A DNA stretch of 64,000 nucleotides from Pseudomonadota bacterium (GCA_021802655.1 JAJZRP010000004.1:3288-67287); one strand, 5' to 3'. Shown: positions 17,622-28,937, counted from the stretch's first letter. The notes: generated by a model from the letters alone, not told the origin. Program-made: numbers and translations.

Positions 17622-18389
17622 TCAGACTATCTGACGCCAGCCGAACCCTTCCTTCTGGCAGGCAATCCCGATCCATTCTTCGCTGCAATTCATCGCCTTG
17701 CTCAATGCGCTTCTAGCCAGTTGGGGGGTGTTGTTTTTCTGGCTGAGATGGGCGGCGATGACATGCTGCAGACGACTCCGGTCCAGCCTTGAAAGCAATT
17801 CTGAAGAACTCCGGTTTTCAAGATGGCCGAAACGGCCCGAGATACGCCTGATGAGGCTGGGAGGATAATTGCTGTTCGCCAGCATTTGCGCATCATGATT
17901 GCACTCCAGAACCAGCGCATGGCATCCGCTCAAAGTCGCCTCGATATGCGGGGTCGAGCAGCCGACATCCGTGATCACGCCAAGCCGGGTCGCTCCGTTT
18001 CCGAATACGAACTGGACCGGCTCACGCGCATCGTGCGGAACGGGAAAAGGCTCGATTTCGATGTCGCCTATCCCGAAGCGCTGATAACCTTCTATCATGC
18101 AAATGCCGGGCAGAGGCGAATAGGCATTCTGGTCGGCCCTGAAAGTGCCGTGGGTCATCCACACGGGCAGGTTGAATTTCCTTGCGAAGCGAACGACGCC
18201 GCTCGCATGGTCTTCATGTTCGTGCGTGACGAGAATTCCGGAAAGGTCTTCGGGGGACAGTGAAAGGCGACAGAGTCTGGATACGGTCTCACGCAATCCG
18301 AGCCCGCAATCGAGCATGACGCATGTCCCGCCCGACTCGACAACCAGCGCATTGCCTTCGCTGCCGCTGGCAAGGGAGGCGAAACGCAC
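17622..18389 (-). CDS. MBL-fold metallo-hydrolase
   Basis: 255 aa. THEHEDHA (HxHxDH) motif. GTG start 4 nt after the bamC stop. Confidence 0.8.
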   Translation of the reverse strand: MRFASLASGSEGNALVVESGGTCVMLDCGLGLRETVSRLCRLSLSPEDLSGILVTHEHEDHASGVVRFARKFNLPVWMTHGTFRADQNAYSPLPGICMIEGYQRFGIGDIEIEPFPVPHDAREPVQFVFGNGATRLGVITDVGCSTPHIEATLSGCHALVLECNHDAQMLANSNYPPSLIRRISGRFGHLENRSSSELLSRLDRSRLQHVIAAHLSQKNNTPQLARSALSKAMNCSEEWIGIACQKEGFGWRQIV

Positions 18390-18393
18390 GAAA

Positions 18394-19041
18394 CTACTTC
18401 AATTGTTCGTAAAGCAGTTCCAGTATCTTCGCGGAAGTTTCGGTGTGTTCGGAGAAACCGTCCTTGTCGAGTACGGACACGACGCTGCCTGTACTTGATG
18501 ACTGAACCTGGATTTGGTATTTCCGGGGTTCGGCTTTTGCCTTGTCCTTCCAGAACTCCAGCCTGGAAAAGAATCCCTTGTCTTCCTGCTTCTTTTCTGG
18601 GTCGGCATAGCTCACGAAATAGAGCCCTTTCACCCTGTCCTGATCGTCGACAGTGAAGCCGGCTTTGTCGAGGGCGAGGCCCACGCGCCGCCAGGCATGA
18701 TCGACCGGAATACCAAGGGTGATGTCGTTGTCCTGTTCGGAAAGTTTGGCATGCGCAGCTTCCGGCGGCTCGTCACCCTGAGCCGATGCTGACTGATCTG
18801 CAGCCGACGACGTCGCCAATGGTGATGTTACAGCAACCCCTCCAGCAGGAGCCGCAGGCACGCTGTACCGGTCGTTTTCCGCAGGCTTCGTGAGGTCGGG
18901 CGGCACTTCGAGAGGAGAGCCCTCCTTTGCCGACTTGTAAGCGTCGTCATGCTTCTTCATGAATGGCAGATGGCTGCATCCCGAAACCAGGAGCGTCGAA
19001 GAACACAGGGCGATCATGAGGTGCAAGCGGTAATATTTCAT
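18394..19041 (-). CDS. bamC: outer membrane protein assembly factor BamC (NlpB)-like lipoprotein
   Basis: ATG 19041 gives MKYYRLHLMIALCSSTLLVSGC (lipobox), then ...PLEVPPDL. Sits in the conserved position downstream of dapA. The longer listed ORF (to 19293) overlaps dapA and is rejected. Confidence 0.65.
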   Translation of the reverse strand: MKYYRLHLMIALCSSTLLVSGCSHLPFMKKHDDAYKSAKEGSPLEVPPDLTKPAENDRYSVPAAPAGGVAVTSPLATSSAADQSASAQGDEPPEAAHAKLSEQDNDITLGIPVDHAWRRVGLALDKAGFTVDDQDRVKGLYFVSYADPEKKQEDKGFFSRLEFWKDKAKAEPRKYQIQVQSSSTGSVVSVLDKDGFSEHTETSAKILELLYEQLK

Positions 19042-19064
19042 AATTCCATTCCGAATCTTACGGT

Positions 19065-19943
19065 TCATAAGGGTATTCCGGCGCTTCTCATTGCGGCGAG
19101 CACGGTTTCGTGATGGCAGCTTTGGAGCTGCGTCATTGGCAGCCGCATGGCAGGACCGATCAGCCCCATTTGCGCAACCGCCCATTTTACAGGAATCGGG
19201 TTCGCCTCGACGAAAAGCTTGCGATGCAGCGGAAGCAGCTTGTCGTTGATTGCGCGCGCAAGGGGCACGCTCCCTGCAAGGGCGGCCTCGCACATTTCAT
19301 GCATCAGTTTCGGGGCGACATTGGCAGTGACCGAAATGACGCCTCGTCCGCCGAGGAGCATCAGGGCGAGCGCGCTCGCGTCGTCCCCGCTGTAAACAGA
19401 GAAATCTCCGGGCGCATTGCGGATAAGATCGGAGCCCCGTTCGATGTTCCCGGTCGCATCCTTGATGCCGACGATGTTGGGTATTTCGGCGAGCCTCAGC
19501 ACGGTTTCGTTGGCAATATCCGCAACCGTCCTGCCGGGAACATTGTAGAGGATCATCGGAATGTCGACAGCTTCCGCGATCGCCCTGAAATGCAGATGGA
19601 GTCCTTCCTGCGTGGGCTTGTTGTAGTAGGGAACGACGGAAAGGGTGGCATCCGCCCCGGCTTCTTTCGCATAGCGCGAAAGCTCGATCGCTTCCCGAGT
19701 CGAATTCGCTCCGGTTCCTGCGATCACCGGAATGCGTCCTGCAGCATGCTCGACAACAGTGGCGATCAAGAGGCGATGCTCTTCGAAATCCACAGTGGGG
19801 GATTCGCCCGTCGTGCCGACGACGACGATGCCGTCCGTTTTTTCGGCGATGTGAAAATCGACGAGCGAGCGGAGCCTCGCGAGATCCAGGGACCCGTCAT
19901 CCTGCATGGGCGTGACTATCGCAGCCAGACTGCCTTTGAGCAT
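19065..19943 (-). CDS. dapA: 4-hydroxy-tetrahydrodipicolinate synthase
   Basis: 292 aa. [13 protein letters not shown]..., [15 protein letters not shown] family blocks. Confidence 0.95.
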   Translation of the reverse strand: MLKGSLAAIVTPMQDDGSLDLARLRSLVDFHIAEKTDGIVVVGTTGESPTVDFEEHRLLIATVVEHAAGRIPVIAGTGANSTREAIELSRYAKEAGADATLSVVPYYNKPTQEGLHLHFRAIAEAVDIPMILYNVPGRTVADIANETVLRLAEIPNIVGIKDATGNIERGSDLIRNAPGDFSVYSGDDASALALMLLGGRGVISVTANVAPKLMHEMCEAALAGSVPLARAINDKLLPLHRKLFVEANPIPVKWAVAQMGLIGPAMRLPMTQLQSCHHETVLAAMRSAGIPL

Positions 19944-19966
19944 AATTCCGAACTTCTGAAAATTGA

Positions 19967-21754
19967 TTATTCTACCTGATTATTTTCAGGCGCCGTAATC
20001 TTTTCCTCTTCCTGCTGCTGCAGCATCCACATGCTGGCATAGGTGCCGCCCTTCTCGAGAAGCATCCTGTGCGTACCCTGCTCGATGATCCTGCCCTTGT
20101 CCATGACAAGAATCAGGTCGGCATCGACTATCGCGGAAAGCCTGTGCGCAATGACCAGGGTGGTGCGGTTTTTGGCAATCCTTTTGAGCTCCATCTGGAT
20201 GCTCTTTTCCGATTTCGAATCGAGTGCCGAAGTCGCCTCGTCGAAGATCAGCACGGCAGGCTGCTTCAGTATTGCTCTGGCGATGGCGACGCGCTGTTTC
20301 TCCCCCCCTGAGAGCTTGAGTCCGCGCTCTCCGACCAGGGTTTCGTATCCTTGCGGCAGGGAGGAAACGAAATCGTGGATATGCGCCATTTTCGCAGCCT
20401 CGAAAACCTCCTCGCGGCTCGCAGCGAGCCTGCCGTAAGCGATGTTGTAATAGATGCTGTCGTTGAAAAGGACAGTATCCTGAGGCACGATCCCGATGGC
20501 CGAGCGCAGCGATTTTTGCGTGACATCCCGGATGTCCTGGCCGGATATCAGTATCCTGCCGCGGTGCGCTTCGTAGAACCTGAAGAGCAGCCTCGCCAGG
20601 GTCGATTTTCCCGAACCGCTGTGGCCGACCACTGCAACCGTCTTTCCCGCCGGAATTTCGAAGCTGATGTCGTAGAGGATCTGGCGGTTTTTTTCGTAGC
20701 CGAAATCGACATGCTCGAACCGGACTTGAGCTTGGCCCGGAACCAGATCCTGCGCACCTTCCCTGTCCGGGATCTCGGGAAACTGCTCCAGAAGGGCGAA
20801 CATTCTTTCCATGTCGGCAAGGGAATGCCTGATCTCGCGGTAGACGAATCCCAGGAAATTGAGCGGCATGTATAGCTGGAGCATGTAGGCGTTCACCAGG
20901 ACGAGATCCCCTATGGTCATTTTCTTCTCGACCACGCCTTTGGCGGCCAGCCACATCAGAATCGTGATCCCGATCGCGATGATCGCGCTCTGCCCGGCAT
21001 TGAGCCAGGCAAGGGAAGTCTGATTGCGCACCGCTGCGTTCTCCCAGCTTTCCAGGTTTTCGTCGTAGCGTCCCGCCTCGAAGGCTTCGTTGGAGAAATA
21101 CTTGACCGTTTCGTAATTGAGCAGGCTGTCGATTGCGCGCGTGTTGGCCTTCGAGTCCATATCGTTCATGGTCCTGCGGAAAATCATGCGCCATTCGGTG
21201 ATGGCGAGGGTGAAGCCAATGTAGACAAGGAGCGTGATGCAGATGATGACTGCGAACCAGACGTCGTACTTCGAGAGCAGTATCACCGCGACGAGCGCGA
21301 TCTCGACGATGGTCGGAATGATGTTGAACAGCATGAAGTTGAGCAGGAAGCTGATGCCCTTGGTGCCGCGCTCGATGTCCCTCGACATGCCGCCAGTCTG
21401 CCGCTCGAGATGAAAGCGCAGGCTGAGCGAATGCAGGTGGAGGAATATTTTCAGCGCGACGCGGCGTATCGCGCGCTGCGTCACCTTGGCGAATACCGCA
21501 TCGCGCAGCTCGCCGAAGAACGTGCTCAGGAATCTCAGGAGTCCGTAGGCAAGAAGCAGAAATGCCGGCAGGGCTACCGGGTTGTTGCGGACATCGAGGG
21601 CATCCACGACATGCTTGAAAAGGATGGGCACGGTGACCCCTGCGCCTTTTGCCAGGATCAGGAAAAGCGCGGCGAGCGCCACCCTTCCCCTGAATTCCAG
21701 GAGATAGGGAATCAGGGTTTTGACGGTTTTCCAGTCGCTCCTACCTGAACTCAT
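19967..21754 (-). CDS. ABC transporter, fused permease/ATPase (Atm1/ABCB-like exporter)
   Basis: 595 aa. Six-TM N-terminal half. Walker [10 protein letters not shown], signature LSGGEKQR, Walker [12 protein letters not shown]. Confidence 0.85.
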   Translation of the reverse strand: MSSGRSDWKTVKTLIPYLLEFRGRVALAALFLILAKGAGVTVPILFKHVVDALDVRNNPVALPAFLLLAYGLLRFLSTFFGELRDAVFAKVTQRAIRRVALKIFLHLHSLSLRFHLERQTGGMSRDIERGTKGISFLLNFMLFNIIPTIVEIALVAVILLSKYDVWFAVIICITLLVYIGFTLAITEWRMIFRRTMNDMDSKANTRAIDSLLNYETVKYFSNEAFEAGRYDENLESWENAAVRNQTSLAWLNAGQSAIIAIGITILMWLAAKGVVEKKMTIGDLVLVNAYMLQLYMPLNFLGFVYREIRHSLADMERMFALLEQFPEIPDREGAQDLVPGQAQVRFEHVDFGYEKNRQILYDISFEIPAGKTVAVVGHSGSGKSTLARLLFRFYEAHRGRILISGQDIRDVTQKSLRSAIGIVPQDTVLFNDSIYYNIAYGRLAASREEVFEAAKMAHIHDFVSSLPQGYETLVGERGLKLSGGEKQRVAIARAILKQPAVLIFDEATSALDSKSEKSIQMELKRIAKNRTTLVIAHRLSAIVDADLILVMDKGRIIEQGTHRMLLEKGGTYASMWMLQQQEEEKITAPENNQVE

Positions 21755-22928
21755 GATCCCTACCGTAGCCCGCCATGCCGGTCAGGAACCTGACCAATCC
21801 GTAGCTCAGCCATGTCATGAAGCGGGTGGTGAGCGGCTGCCTCGCCCAACTGTCCGGGAGCAGCCTGCTCGAATCGTTTGCGATCGCATCCAGCAGGCTT
21901 TCCCTCAGCTCGAGTGCGAAAGGTTCGTCCCTGATCACCACATTGGCTTCCCTCGCGAGGAGCAGGCTGAAGGGGTCGATGTTGGACGAACCCACGGTCG
22001 TCCAGTATCCGTCGATCACGGCAACCTTGGCGTGCATCAGGCTCCTGTGATACTCGTGAATCTCGATTCCGGAATCGAGGAATTTCCCGTAAAGGGCCCG
22101 GGTGGCGTAATGCAGCAGCAGGTATTCCACCTTTCCCTGCAGCAGCAGGACGACGCGCACCCCTCGCGAGGCGGCATCGACGAGCGCATGGCGAAAGCTC
22201 AGCCCGGGAAAGAAATAGGCGTTCGCGATGATGATTTCCCGCTTCGCCGAGGCGATGGCGCGCAGATAGGCGAGCTCGATGTTGCGGCGATGGCGCAGAT
22301 TGTCCCGCACCAGAAATGCCGCGACCTGATCCCCGGGCTTTTCGTGGTTATTCGGGGAGAAGTTTTCCTTCCAGGGTTTTCTCAGGTGCATCCACGCGCG
22401 CAGGATCCAGAGGTTCCTGACCGAATGATGGATGTCGGACACCAGCGGGCCGCGGATTTCGACGGCATAATCGAAGCGGGGAGGAATGTTCTCTCCCTTG
22501 ATCGGAATGCCCGGTATGTTCCTGTCGTCGATGACATTGATTCCGCCGACGAAAGCGATCCTTCCGTCGATGACGGCGAGCTTCCGGTGCAGCCTTCTCA
22601 GGCGGCTCCGCCTCAGCGTCCAGGGGGAAGTCCTTTGCCCGAAGAAGAGCACATGTACGCCCGCATTTCCCATTGTCTCGACAAACGTCTCCGGAAGCTT
22701 CCTGGAACCGAAACCGTCTATCATGAGATGAACGGAAGCCCCCCTTTTTGCAGCGCGAGTCAATGCCTCTCCTATCCTGATTCCCGCACTGTCGTGCTCG
22801 AAGATGTAGGTTTCGAGGAAGACTTCATGAGAAGCGCTGTCCAGAGCGGCTTCGAGGGCGGGGAAATAAGCGTCGCCGTTCTTCAGGAGCCTGATGGCAT
22901 TTCCGGAAACGAAGCGCTCGCCTCTCAT
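21741..22928 (-). CDS. clsB: cardiolipin synthase ClsB-type (PLD superfamily)
   Basis: 395 aa with two HKD motifs (HRKLAVIDGRIAFVGGINV and HAKVAVIDGYWTTVGSSNI). ATGA overlap with the upstream EEP gene, matching the E. coli ybhP-clsB arrangement. Confidence 0.8.
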   Translation of the reverse strand: MRGERFVSGNAIRLLKNGDAYFPALEAALDSASHEVFLETYIFEHDSAGIRIGEALTRAAKRGASVHLMIDGFGSRKLPETFVETMGNAGVHVLFFGQRTSPWTLRRSRLRRLHRKLAVIDGRIAFVGGINVIDDRNIPGIPIKGENIPPRFDYAVEIRGPLVSDIHHSVRNLWILRAWMHLRKPWKENFSPNNHEKPGDQVAAFLVRDNLRHRRNIELAYLRAIASAKREIIIANAYFFPGLSFRHALVDAASRGVRVVLLLQGKVEYLLLHYATRALYGKFLDSGIEIHEYHRSLMHAKVAVIDGYWTTVGSSNIDPFSLLLAREANVVIRDEPFALELRESLLDAIANDSSRLLPDSWARQPLTTRFMTWLSYGLVRFLTGMAGYGRDHEFR

Positions 22929-23677
22929 TTCAGGACCAGAGTCGTCGAGAGCGGCGCGTGATCGGATATCCTGGACCAGGGCTGCCCCTGATGAACCGCG
23001 GCCGCCCTGACGTTGAATCCCCTGACGTATATCCTGTCGAGGCGAAATAGCGGAAGCGCAGAGGGGAAGCTCCTTGCCACCTTGCCCCTTGTGGTCTCGA
23101 AAACCTCATTCAGGGGCTTGCCGTGGACCATGATTCTGCCCGCCCTGCACGACCAGTCGTTGAAGTCGCCTGCAACGATCAGGGGAGAGTCCAGAGGGAC
23201 GATCTCCTCGATTTTTTTCTCGAGCGCCGCGATCTGTTTTCTTCTCACGCGGGACGATAATCCCATGTGGATGCAGATGCAGTGCAAATGCCTGTCCCAC
23301 GAGGGCACCTCGACTTCGCAGTGAAGCAGGCCGCGGCTTTCGAAACGATGTCCGGAAATGTCGAAATTGTCCCAGTTCAGGATGGGGAAGCGGCTCAGGA
23401 TCGCGTTGCCGTGGTGCCCCTCTTCGTAGACGGCATTCTTGCCGTAAGCGAATTCTGGCCATGCCGATTCCGCCAGGAATTCGTACTGGGGCGCCTCCGG
23501 CCAGTTCTCGTGGGTGAGCGCATGCTCTTCGTGAACTCCCTGTACCTCCTGGAGAAAAATGAGATCGGCCCCGATGCCGTGCAGGTTTTCGCGCAATTCA
23601 TGCACCATCAGCCGTCTGTTGAAATGCGAGAATCCCTTGTGGATGTTGTAGGTCGCGATGTGCAGCGTTCTGAACAT
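22925..23677 (-). CDS. endonuclease/exonuclease/phosphatase (EEP) family protein (YbhP-like)
   Basis: ATG 23677 (MFRTLHIATYNIHKGF...), C-terminal SDHAPL. Starts 1 nt after the nadA stop. Confidence 0.8.
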   Translation of the reverse strand: MFRTLHIATYNIHKGFSHFNRRLMVHELRENLHGIGADLIFLQEVQGVHEEHALTHENWPEAPQYEFLAESAWPEFAYGKNAVYEEGHHGNAILSRFPILNWDNFDISGHRFESRGLLHCEVEVPSWDRHLHCICIHMGLSSRVRRKQIAALEKKIEEIVPLDSPLIVAGDFNDWSCRAGRIMVHGKPLNEVFETTRGKVARSFPSALPLFRLDRIYVRGFNVRAAAVHQGQPWSRISDHAPLSTTLVLK

Positions 23678-23678
23678 G

Positions 23679-24782
23679 TCAGGAGACTTCGAGCATGCGC
23701 GAAAGCGCGAGCCTTGCAAGTTCGGCTTCGCTTTCAGGCACCGTTATCCTGTTGACCACATGGCCTTCAAGGAGGTTTTCCAGCGTCCAGGCGAGGTGCT
23801 GCGGATCGATCCTTGCCATGGTCGAGCACATGCACACCGTGGGCGACATGAACCGCACCGTCTTGCCCTGCGGCTTGAATTCCTCCGCCAGGCGATTGAC
23901 CAGATTGAGTTCCGTTCCGACCAGCCAATGCGTGCCTGCGGGGGAATTTTCTATGGTCTTGATGATGGTTTCGGTGGAGCCCACCTCATCGGAAAGCCTG
24001 CAGACATCGAAGCTGCATTCCGGGTGGGAGATCACCCGGCCTTCGGGGTGGCTTTTCCTGAAGCTCTCTATATGCTGCGGCTGAAACATCTGATGGACAG
24101 AACAGTGCCCTTTCCACAGGAGCATCTTCGCTTTTTTGATGGCCTCCTCGCTGTGTCCGCCCATGGGCTGGTCGTAATCCCATACCAGCATCTCATCCAG
24201 AGGAATGCCCATCCTGTGACCCGACCAGCGCCCCAGGTGCTGATCGGGAAAGAACAGCACCTTTTCCCGTTTCGCAAAAGACCATTCCAGTATCTTTCCG
24301 GCATTGCTGGAAGTGCAGACGATGCCGCCGTGTTCGCCGCAGAATGCCTTCAGATCGGCGGCTGAATTGATATAGGTCACGGGCGTGATGGTTTCGTCCG
24401 GATCGAGGATCGAAGAAAGCTCGCGCCAGGCGCGCTCGACCTTCGACAGGTTGGCCATGTCGGCCATGGAGCATCCTGCCGAAAGGTCGGGAAGAATGGC
24501 GACCTGATTCGGCCCTGTCAGGATATCGGCCACCTCCGCCATGAAATGCACGCCGCAGAACACGATGTATTTCGCTTCAGACTTTGCAGCCAGGCGCGAG
24601 AGCTTGAGCGAATCTCCCGTCAGGTCGGCATGCCTGTAAACATCCGAGCGCTGGTAATGGTGGCCCAGGATGACGACTTGCTTTCCCAGAGCGGCTTTTG
24701 CGGCGAGAATGCGCGCCTGACAACTCTCGTCGTCCAGGTTCCGGTAAAGGTCGAAGGCAATGGCCATTTTCGCTCCAGTCAT
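23679..24782 (-). CDS. nadA: quinolinate synthase
   Basis: VILGHHYQRSD, FCGVHFMAE, CSMADMA, CSVH and MCSTMARI blocks. Start chosen at ATG 24782, which forms an ATGA overlap with the nudB stop; ATG 24767 is also possible. Confidence 0.9.
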   Translation of the reverse strand: MTGAKMAIAFDLYRNLDDESCQARILAAKAALGKQVVILGHHYQRSDVYRHADLTGDSLKLSRLAAKSEAKYIVFCGVHFMAEVADILTGPNQVAILPDLSAGCSMADMANLSKVERAWRELSSILDPDETITPVTYINSAADLKAFCGEHGGIVCTSSNAGKILEWSFAKREKVLFFPDQHLGRWSGHRMGIPLDEMLVWDYDQPMGGHSEEAIKKAKMLLWKGHCSVHQMFQPQHIESFRKSHPEGRVISHPECSFDVCRLSDEVGSTETIIKTIENSPAGTHWLVGTELNLVNRLAEEFKPQGKTVRFMSPTVCMCSTMARIDPQHLAWTLENLLEGHVVNRITVPESEAELARLALSRMLEVS

Positions 24783-25222
24783 TTGTTCAGCATTTCGGGC
24801 AACTTCAGTATGGCAGATGCGTTGCTCGAGGAAAAAACTTTGGCGGCCGCATCCTCGAAGGGGAGCCAGAGGTAATTCAGGTGCTCTCTGGGGGAAAGCC
24901 TGACGGGTTGAGGCTTTCCCAGCCTGAAACCGAAGACATGCTCGATGTTTCTGGTCACGCCGGGCGCATAGCGATGGCGCCATTCGGGGTAAATCTCGTA
25001 TTCGGTTTCAATTTCCCAATCCAGGAGCTCTCCCTGTTGGAGTCCGGTTTCTTCGCCAAGTTCGCGCATCGCAGCATGCCTCGGGCTTTCCCCCGCTTCC
25101 AGACTGCCGGTCACGGATTGCCAGTAGCCGGGATGGTCCGCGCGCTCGAGCAGCAGAACATCGAGGTCGCCGGTATGCACGACGACCAGAACCGAAAAGG
25201 GGCGCTTGCAGGTCTCAGCCAA
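24779..25222 (-). CDS. nudB: dihydroneopterin triphosphate diphosphatase (NUDIX)
   Basis: KRPFSVLVVV..., YWQSVTGSLEAGESPRHAAMRELGEETG, RHRYAPGVTRNIEH closely parallel E. coli NudB as I recall it. Start uncertain: TTG 25222 is chosen by N-terminal alignment; the listed ORF starts at TTG 25282. Confidence 0.8.
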   Translation of the reverse strand: MAETCKRPFSVLVVVHTGDLDVLLLERADHPGYWQSVTGSLEAGESPRHAAMRELGEETGLQQGELLDWEIETEYEIYPEWRHRYAPGVTRNIEHVFGFRLGKPQPVRLSPREHLNYLWLPFEDAAAKVFSSSNASAILKLPEMLNK

Positions 25223-25535
25223 GTTGAACCAGCGCGTTTCCCGATGCAACCCAGCCGATGATTCCGCCCTGGAGATTGGCAAGATTACTCCAGCCCTTGG
25301 CTGCGAGGAAACCGCAAGCCTGCCCGGACCGGCCTCCGGACTGGCAGTAAATGACGGTGGGTGTGTTGCCGTCCATTTCGTTCATTCTGACGGGAATGAG
25401 GTGCAGCGGAATATGGATCGCGCCGGGAATGACCCCCCTCGCCACTTCCGCATCCGTTCTGACATCGACCAACCTGATATTTCCCGATTTTTGCAGCCGC
25501 ACCAGTTCCGCCGCATCGACATTATTGAAACTCAT
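25215..25535 (-). CDS. rhodanese-like sulfurtransferase domain protein
   Basis: 106 aa with active-site loop CQSGGRS. Confidence 0.85.
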   Translation of the reverse strand: MSFNNVDAAELVRLQKSGNIRLVDVRTDAEVARGVIPGAIHIPLHLIPVRMNEMDGNTPTVIYCQSGGRSGQACGFLAAKGWSNLANLQGGIIGWVASGNALVQLG

Positions 25536-25678
25536 CCTGTTGCCTTAAAAAAACGTAGCCCCCGCTATGCTAAAGACGGTTTGCCCATATGGCAAGCCCT
25601 GCAGTTCTAGATAGGGATCGTTCTACTTCTTTCAAGCACCTGTAGGAACTAATTCACAAAAGATTTATCATAGACGCC

Positions 25679-27121
25679 ATGAAATTGGCGATCACTGTCT
25701 TGCTGCTCCTTTTTTCCGTTGCGGGCCTTGCCGAGGGGCTGCCCGACATCGCCGACGCTTCCCAGGCTGCGCTCTCTCCCGAGCAGGAAAAGCAGCTTGG
25801 CGAGCAAATCATGCGGGAGATTCGCGCCGACCCTTCCTACCTGGACGATCCGGAGCTGGTTCAATATCTGGACGACCTTGGACAGCGCCTCGTCGTCAAC
25901 ACCACCATGCCCGGCATGACCCTCAACTTCTTCATGGTAGAGGACAACACGGTCAATGCCTTCGCCCTGCCCGGCGGCTTTGTCGGCGTGAACACCGGGC
26001 TGATCCTGACTGCAGAGAGCGAGTCCGAATTGGCAAGCGTGCTTGCACACGAAATCAGCCACATCACCCAACGGCATTACGCGAGAATGGCGGTCGAAAC
26101 CAAGGGAAGCTCGCTCGAATCCCTCGCCGCCCTTGCCGTGGCAATACTGACGGCAAGGGGAGGCAGCCAAGTGAGCGGCGCAGCCCTCGCTGCAGCGCAG
26201 GCCAATGCCATCCAGTCCCAGTTGGATGTCACCCGAGCGCATGAAGAAGAGGCGGACAGGGTGGGACTCAATGTCCTTGCAAAATCCGGATTCGATCCCA
26301 GGGCGATGGCGACTTTCTTCGAGCGCCTGCAGAAATCGACACGACTTTACGAAAACAATGCCCCCGTTTATCTGCGCGACCACCCGCTTACCAGCCAGCG
26401 TATCGCCGCAATCGAGAACCGGGTCCAGGGCTATCCCTATAGACAGGTCGTGGACAGCCCGGACTTCTGGCTGCTCAGGGAACGACTGCTCGCCGACCAG
26501 GGCGATCCGAACGATGCGCTAACCTACTTCGAAACTGCGCTGAAACAGGGAAAGTACGAAAACGAGGCAGCTTACCGCTTCGGCCTCACCGAAGTACTGA
26601 TGCGGCTCGGAAAATACGACAGGGCAGAGCAGGAATTCGCCAAGGTCAAAAAGGCCTTCGGACAAAACCCCATCATAGCGACAATGCAGGGGCGGGTTCT
26701 GCTCGCGCTCGGCAGGAAAAAGGAGGCCATGACGTATTACGCCGACGCCCTGGCATCCTACCCGGACTACAAGGCGCTCATCTACGATTATGCCGGGGCG
26801 TTGATAGACAACGGACATGCTGCAGAGGCGGCCAACCTCGCCACATCGCGGCTGCGCCAGGATCCCGACGACATTCACCTTTACCAGTTGAGCGCGCGAG
26901 CTTATGCGTCACTCGGAAGAAACCTGCTCGAGCACCAGGCGCAGGCCGAAGTTTATTACCTCGATGGAAACCTTCCCGCTGCAATCGACCAACTGCAGCT
27001 GGCCGAAAAATCCAATGACGGGGATTTCTATTCGCGCTCCATGGTCGAGGCAAGACTCAGGCAACTCAAGGCCATGGCAGCCGAGACGGGCGGCAAAAAG
27101 AAGAAGCGCCGGGGTTTATAA
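25679..27121 (+). CDS. bepA: periplasmic M48 metalloprotease with TPR domain (BepA/YfgC-like)
   Basis: 480 aa. Signal peptide, [12 protein letters not shown] zinc motif, C-terminal TPR-like repeats. Confidence 0.8.
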   Translation: MKLAITVLLLLFSVAGLAEGLPDIADASQAALSPEQEKQLGEQIMREIRADPSYLDDPELVQYLDDLGQRLVVNTTMPGMTLNFFMVEDNTVNAFALPGGFVGVNTGLILTAESESELASVLAHEISHITQRHYARMAVETKGSSLESLAALAVAILTARGGSQVSGAALAAAQANAIQSQLDVTRAHEEEADRVGLNVLAKSGFDPRAMATFFERLQKSTRLYENNAPVYLRDHPLTSQRIAAIENRVQGYPYRQVVDSPDFWLLRERLLADQGDPNDALTYFETALKQGKYENEAAYRFGLTEVLMRLGKYDRAEQEFAKVKKAFGQNPIIATMQGRVLLALGRKKEAMTYYADALASYPDYKALIYDYAGALIDNGHAAEAANLATSRLRQDPDDIHLYQLSARAYASLGRNLLEHQAQAEVYYLDGNLPAAIDQLQLAEKSNDGDFYSRSMVEARLRQLKAMAAETGGKKKKRRGL

Positions 27122-28579
27122 TCCCAGATCGCCCCATAGCGCATCGATGCGCTTTTTCACCTCGCTATCCATAGCAATGGGTTTTCCCCACTCCCGGCTG
27201 GTCTCCCCCTGCCACTTGTTGGTCGCATCCATGCCCATCTTGCTTCCCAGGCCGGATACCGGACTTGCGAAATCCAGGTAATCGATGGGCGTGTTCTCGA
27301 CCATGAGTGTGTCTCGCGCAGGATCCATTCGGGTCGTGATCGCCCAAATGACTTCCTTCCAGTCGCGAATATCGACGTCGCCGTCGACCACGACGATGAA
27401 TTTCGTATACATGAACTGTCTGAGGTAAGACCAGATGCCGAACATCACCCGCTTCGCGTGCCCTGGATACTGCTTCCTGATCGAAACCACGGCAAGACGG
27501 TAGGAGCAGCCTTCCGGAGGGAGGTGGAAGTCGACGATTTCCGGAAACTGCTTTTGCAGCAGCGGCACGAAAACCTCGTTGAGGGCGACGCCCAGTATGG
27601 CGGGTTCGTCGGGGGGCTTTCCGGTATAGGTGCTGTGATAGATCGGGTTTTCGCGCATCGTGATGCGGTCGATGGTGAATACCGGAAACCGGTCCTGCTC
27701 ATTGTAATAGCCGGTATGGTCCCCGAAAGGCCCTTCGAGCGCGGTCTCCCCGGGATGGATCGCCCCTTCCAGGACGATTTCCGCACTTGCGGGCACCTCC
27801 AGATCCGATCCCAGGCATTTGACGAGCTCCGTCTTCGATCCCCTTAAAAGCCCTGCGAAGTGGTATTCGCTCAGACTGTCCGGAACCGGGGTGACGGCGC
27901 CCAGTATGGTCGCAGGGTCGGCGCCGAGCGCAACCGCGACGGGAAAAGGCTCTGCGGGATGGGCGTGCATGTGGTCGCGCAAATCCAGCGCCCCTCCCCT
28001 GTGAGCGAGCCATCTCATGATCACCTTGTTTTTCGCGATCACCTGCTGGCGGTAGATGCCGAGGTTCTGACGGGGTTTCAAGGGGCCTTTCGTCACCACC
28101 AGCCCCCAGGTGATGAGCGGTGCGATGTCTTCAGGCCAGCAAGTCTGGATGGGAAGCCTGGACAGATCGACTTCGGATCCTTCCCAAAGGATTTCCTGGC
28201 ATGGCGCATGTTTGACGGTTTTGGGCGCCATGTTGAGCACCTGCTTCAGGACCGGCCATTTCTCCCAGGCATCCTTCAATCCCCTGGGCGGCTCGGGCTC
28301 CTTGAGGTAGGCGAGCAGCCTGCCTATTTCGCGCAGCGCTGCCGTATCCTCCTCTCCCATTCCGAGCGCAACCCGTAAAGGCGTACCGAAAAGGTTGGCA
28401 AGCACCGGGATTTTCGAGTTTTTCGGATTTTCGAAAAGGAGGGCTGGTCCTCCGGAGCGCAATACCCTGTCGCAAATTTCGGTCATTTCGAGATTCGGAT
28501 CGATCTCGACGGAAATGCGCTTCAATTCGCCGCACGCCTCCAGCTGCGCGATGAAATCCCTGAGGTCGCCGTATTTCAT
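27116..28579 (-). CDS. ubiD: 4-hydroxy-3-polyprenylbenzoate decarboxylase
   Basis: 487 aa. [14 protein letters not shown]..., full-length UbiD pattern. Confidence 0.9.
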   Translation of the reverse strand: MKYGDLRDFIAQLEACGELKRISVEIDPNLEMTEICDRVLRSGGPALLFENPKNSKIPVLANLFGTPLRVALGMGEEDTAALREIGRLLAYLKEPEPPRGLKDAWEKWPVLKQVLNMAPKTVKHAPCQEILWEGSEVDLSRLPIQTCWPEDIAPLITWGLVVTKGPLKPRQNLGIYRQQVIAKNKVIMRWLAHRGGALDLRDHMHAHPAEPFPVAVALGADPATILGAVTPVPDSLSEYHFAGLLRGSKTELVKCLGSDLEVPASAEIVLEGAIHPGETALEGPFGDHTGYYNEQDRFPVFTIDRITMRENPIYHSTYTGKPPDEPAILGVALNEVFVPLLQKQFPEIVDFHLPPEGCSYRLAVVSIRKQYPGHAKRVMFGIWSYLRQFMYTKFIVVVDGDVDIRDWKEVIWAITTRMDPARDTLMVENTPIDYLDFASPVSGLGSKMGMDATNKWQGETSREWGKPIAMDSEVKKRIDALWGDLGL

Positions 28580-28589
28580 TTCCGGTCTT

Positions 28590-28937
28590 TCAAGAATACA
28601 TTTCCCTTCTGTCGCTGAAATAGAGCCAGCCCTTGACGATGCGGTAGATGACCCATATCGCGTCCATACCCAGAATGACCCAGCCTATCAGCAAAAAATA
28701 GGTGATGGAGCCGATGATACCCCACAGCAGGCTGTACCAGAATGTTCTCATCTGCCACCTGAAGTGGGATTCAAGCCAGGTTCCCCTGACATCGGGAAAC
28801 TTGACGTAATTGATGATGATTGCGATCAGGTAGGTGATGCCGAAGAAAAAGGACGCTGCCTGCAGCGCGTAGATCGCCGGCGTAAGCGTCTCTGCGGAAT
28901 CCCGTTCACGCATCGCCTGTGAGCTTTTTCCTGGCAT
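28590..28937 (-). CDS. small membrane protein (3 TM), function unknown
   Basis: [48 protein letters not shown]. The alternative start at ATG 28913 avoids overlap with the upstream gene. Confidence 0.55.
   Translation of the reverse strand: MPGKSSQAMRERDSAETLTPAIYALQAASFFFGITYLIAIIINYVKFPDVRGTWLESHFRWQMRTFWYSLLWGIIGSITYFLLIGWVILGMDAIWVIYRIVKGWLYFSDRREMYS

Noticed and set aside
19986-22961. ORF 19986..21194 (402 aa, same strand as the ABC exporter in another frame) and ORF 21720..22961 (413 aa, antisense to clsB).
   Set aside because: They overlap genes with clear Walker/HKD motifs. The translations are low-complexity and Arg-rich. There are no independent start signals.
25586-25602. Sigma-54-like TGGCA...TGCA element in the rhodanese/bepA spacer.
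   Set aside because: The GG-to-GC spacing is 8 nt rather than the required 10, so it does not fit the -24/-12 geometry.
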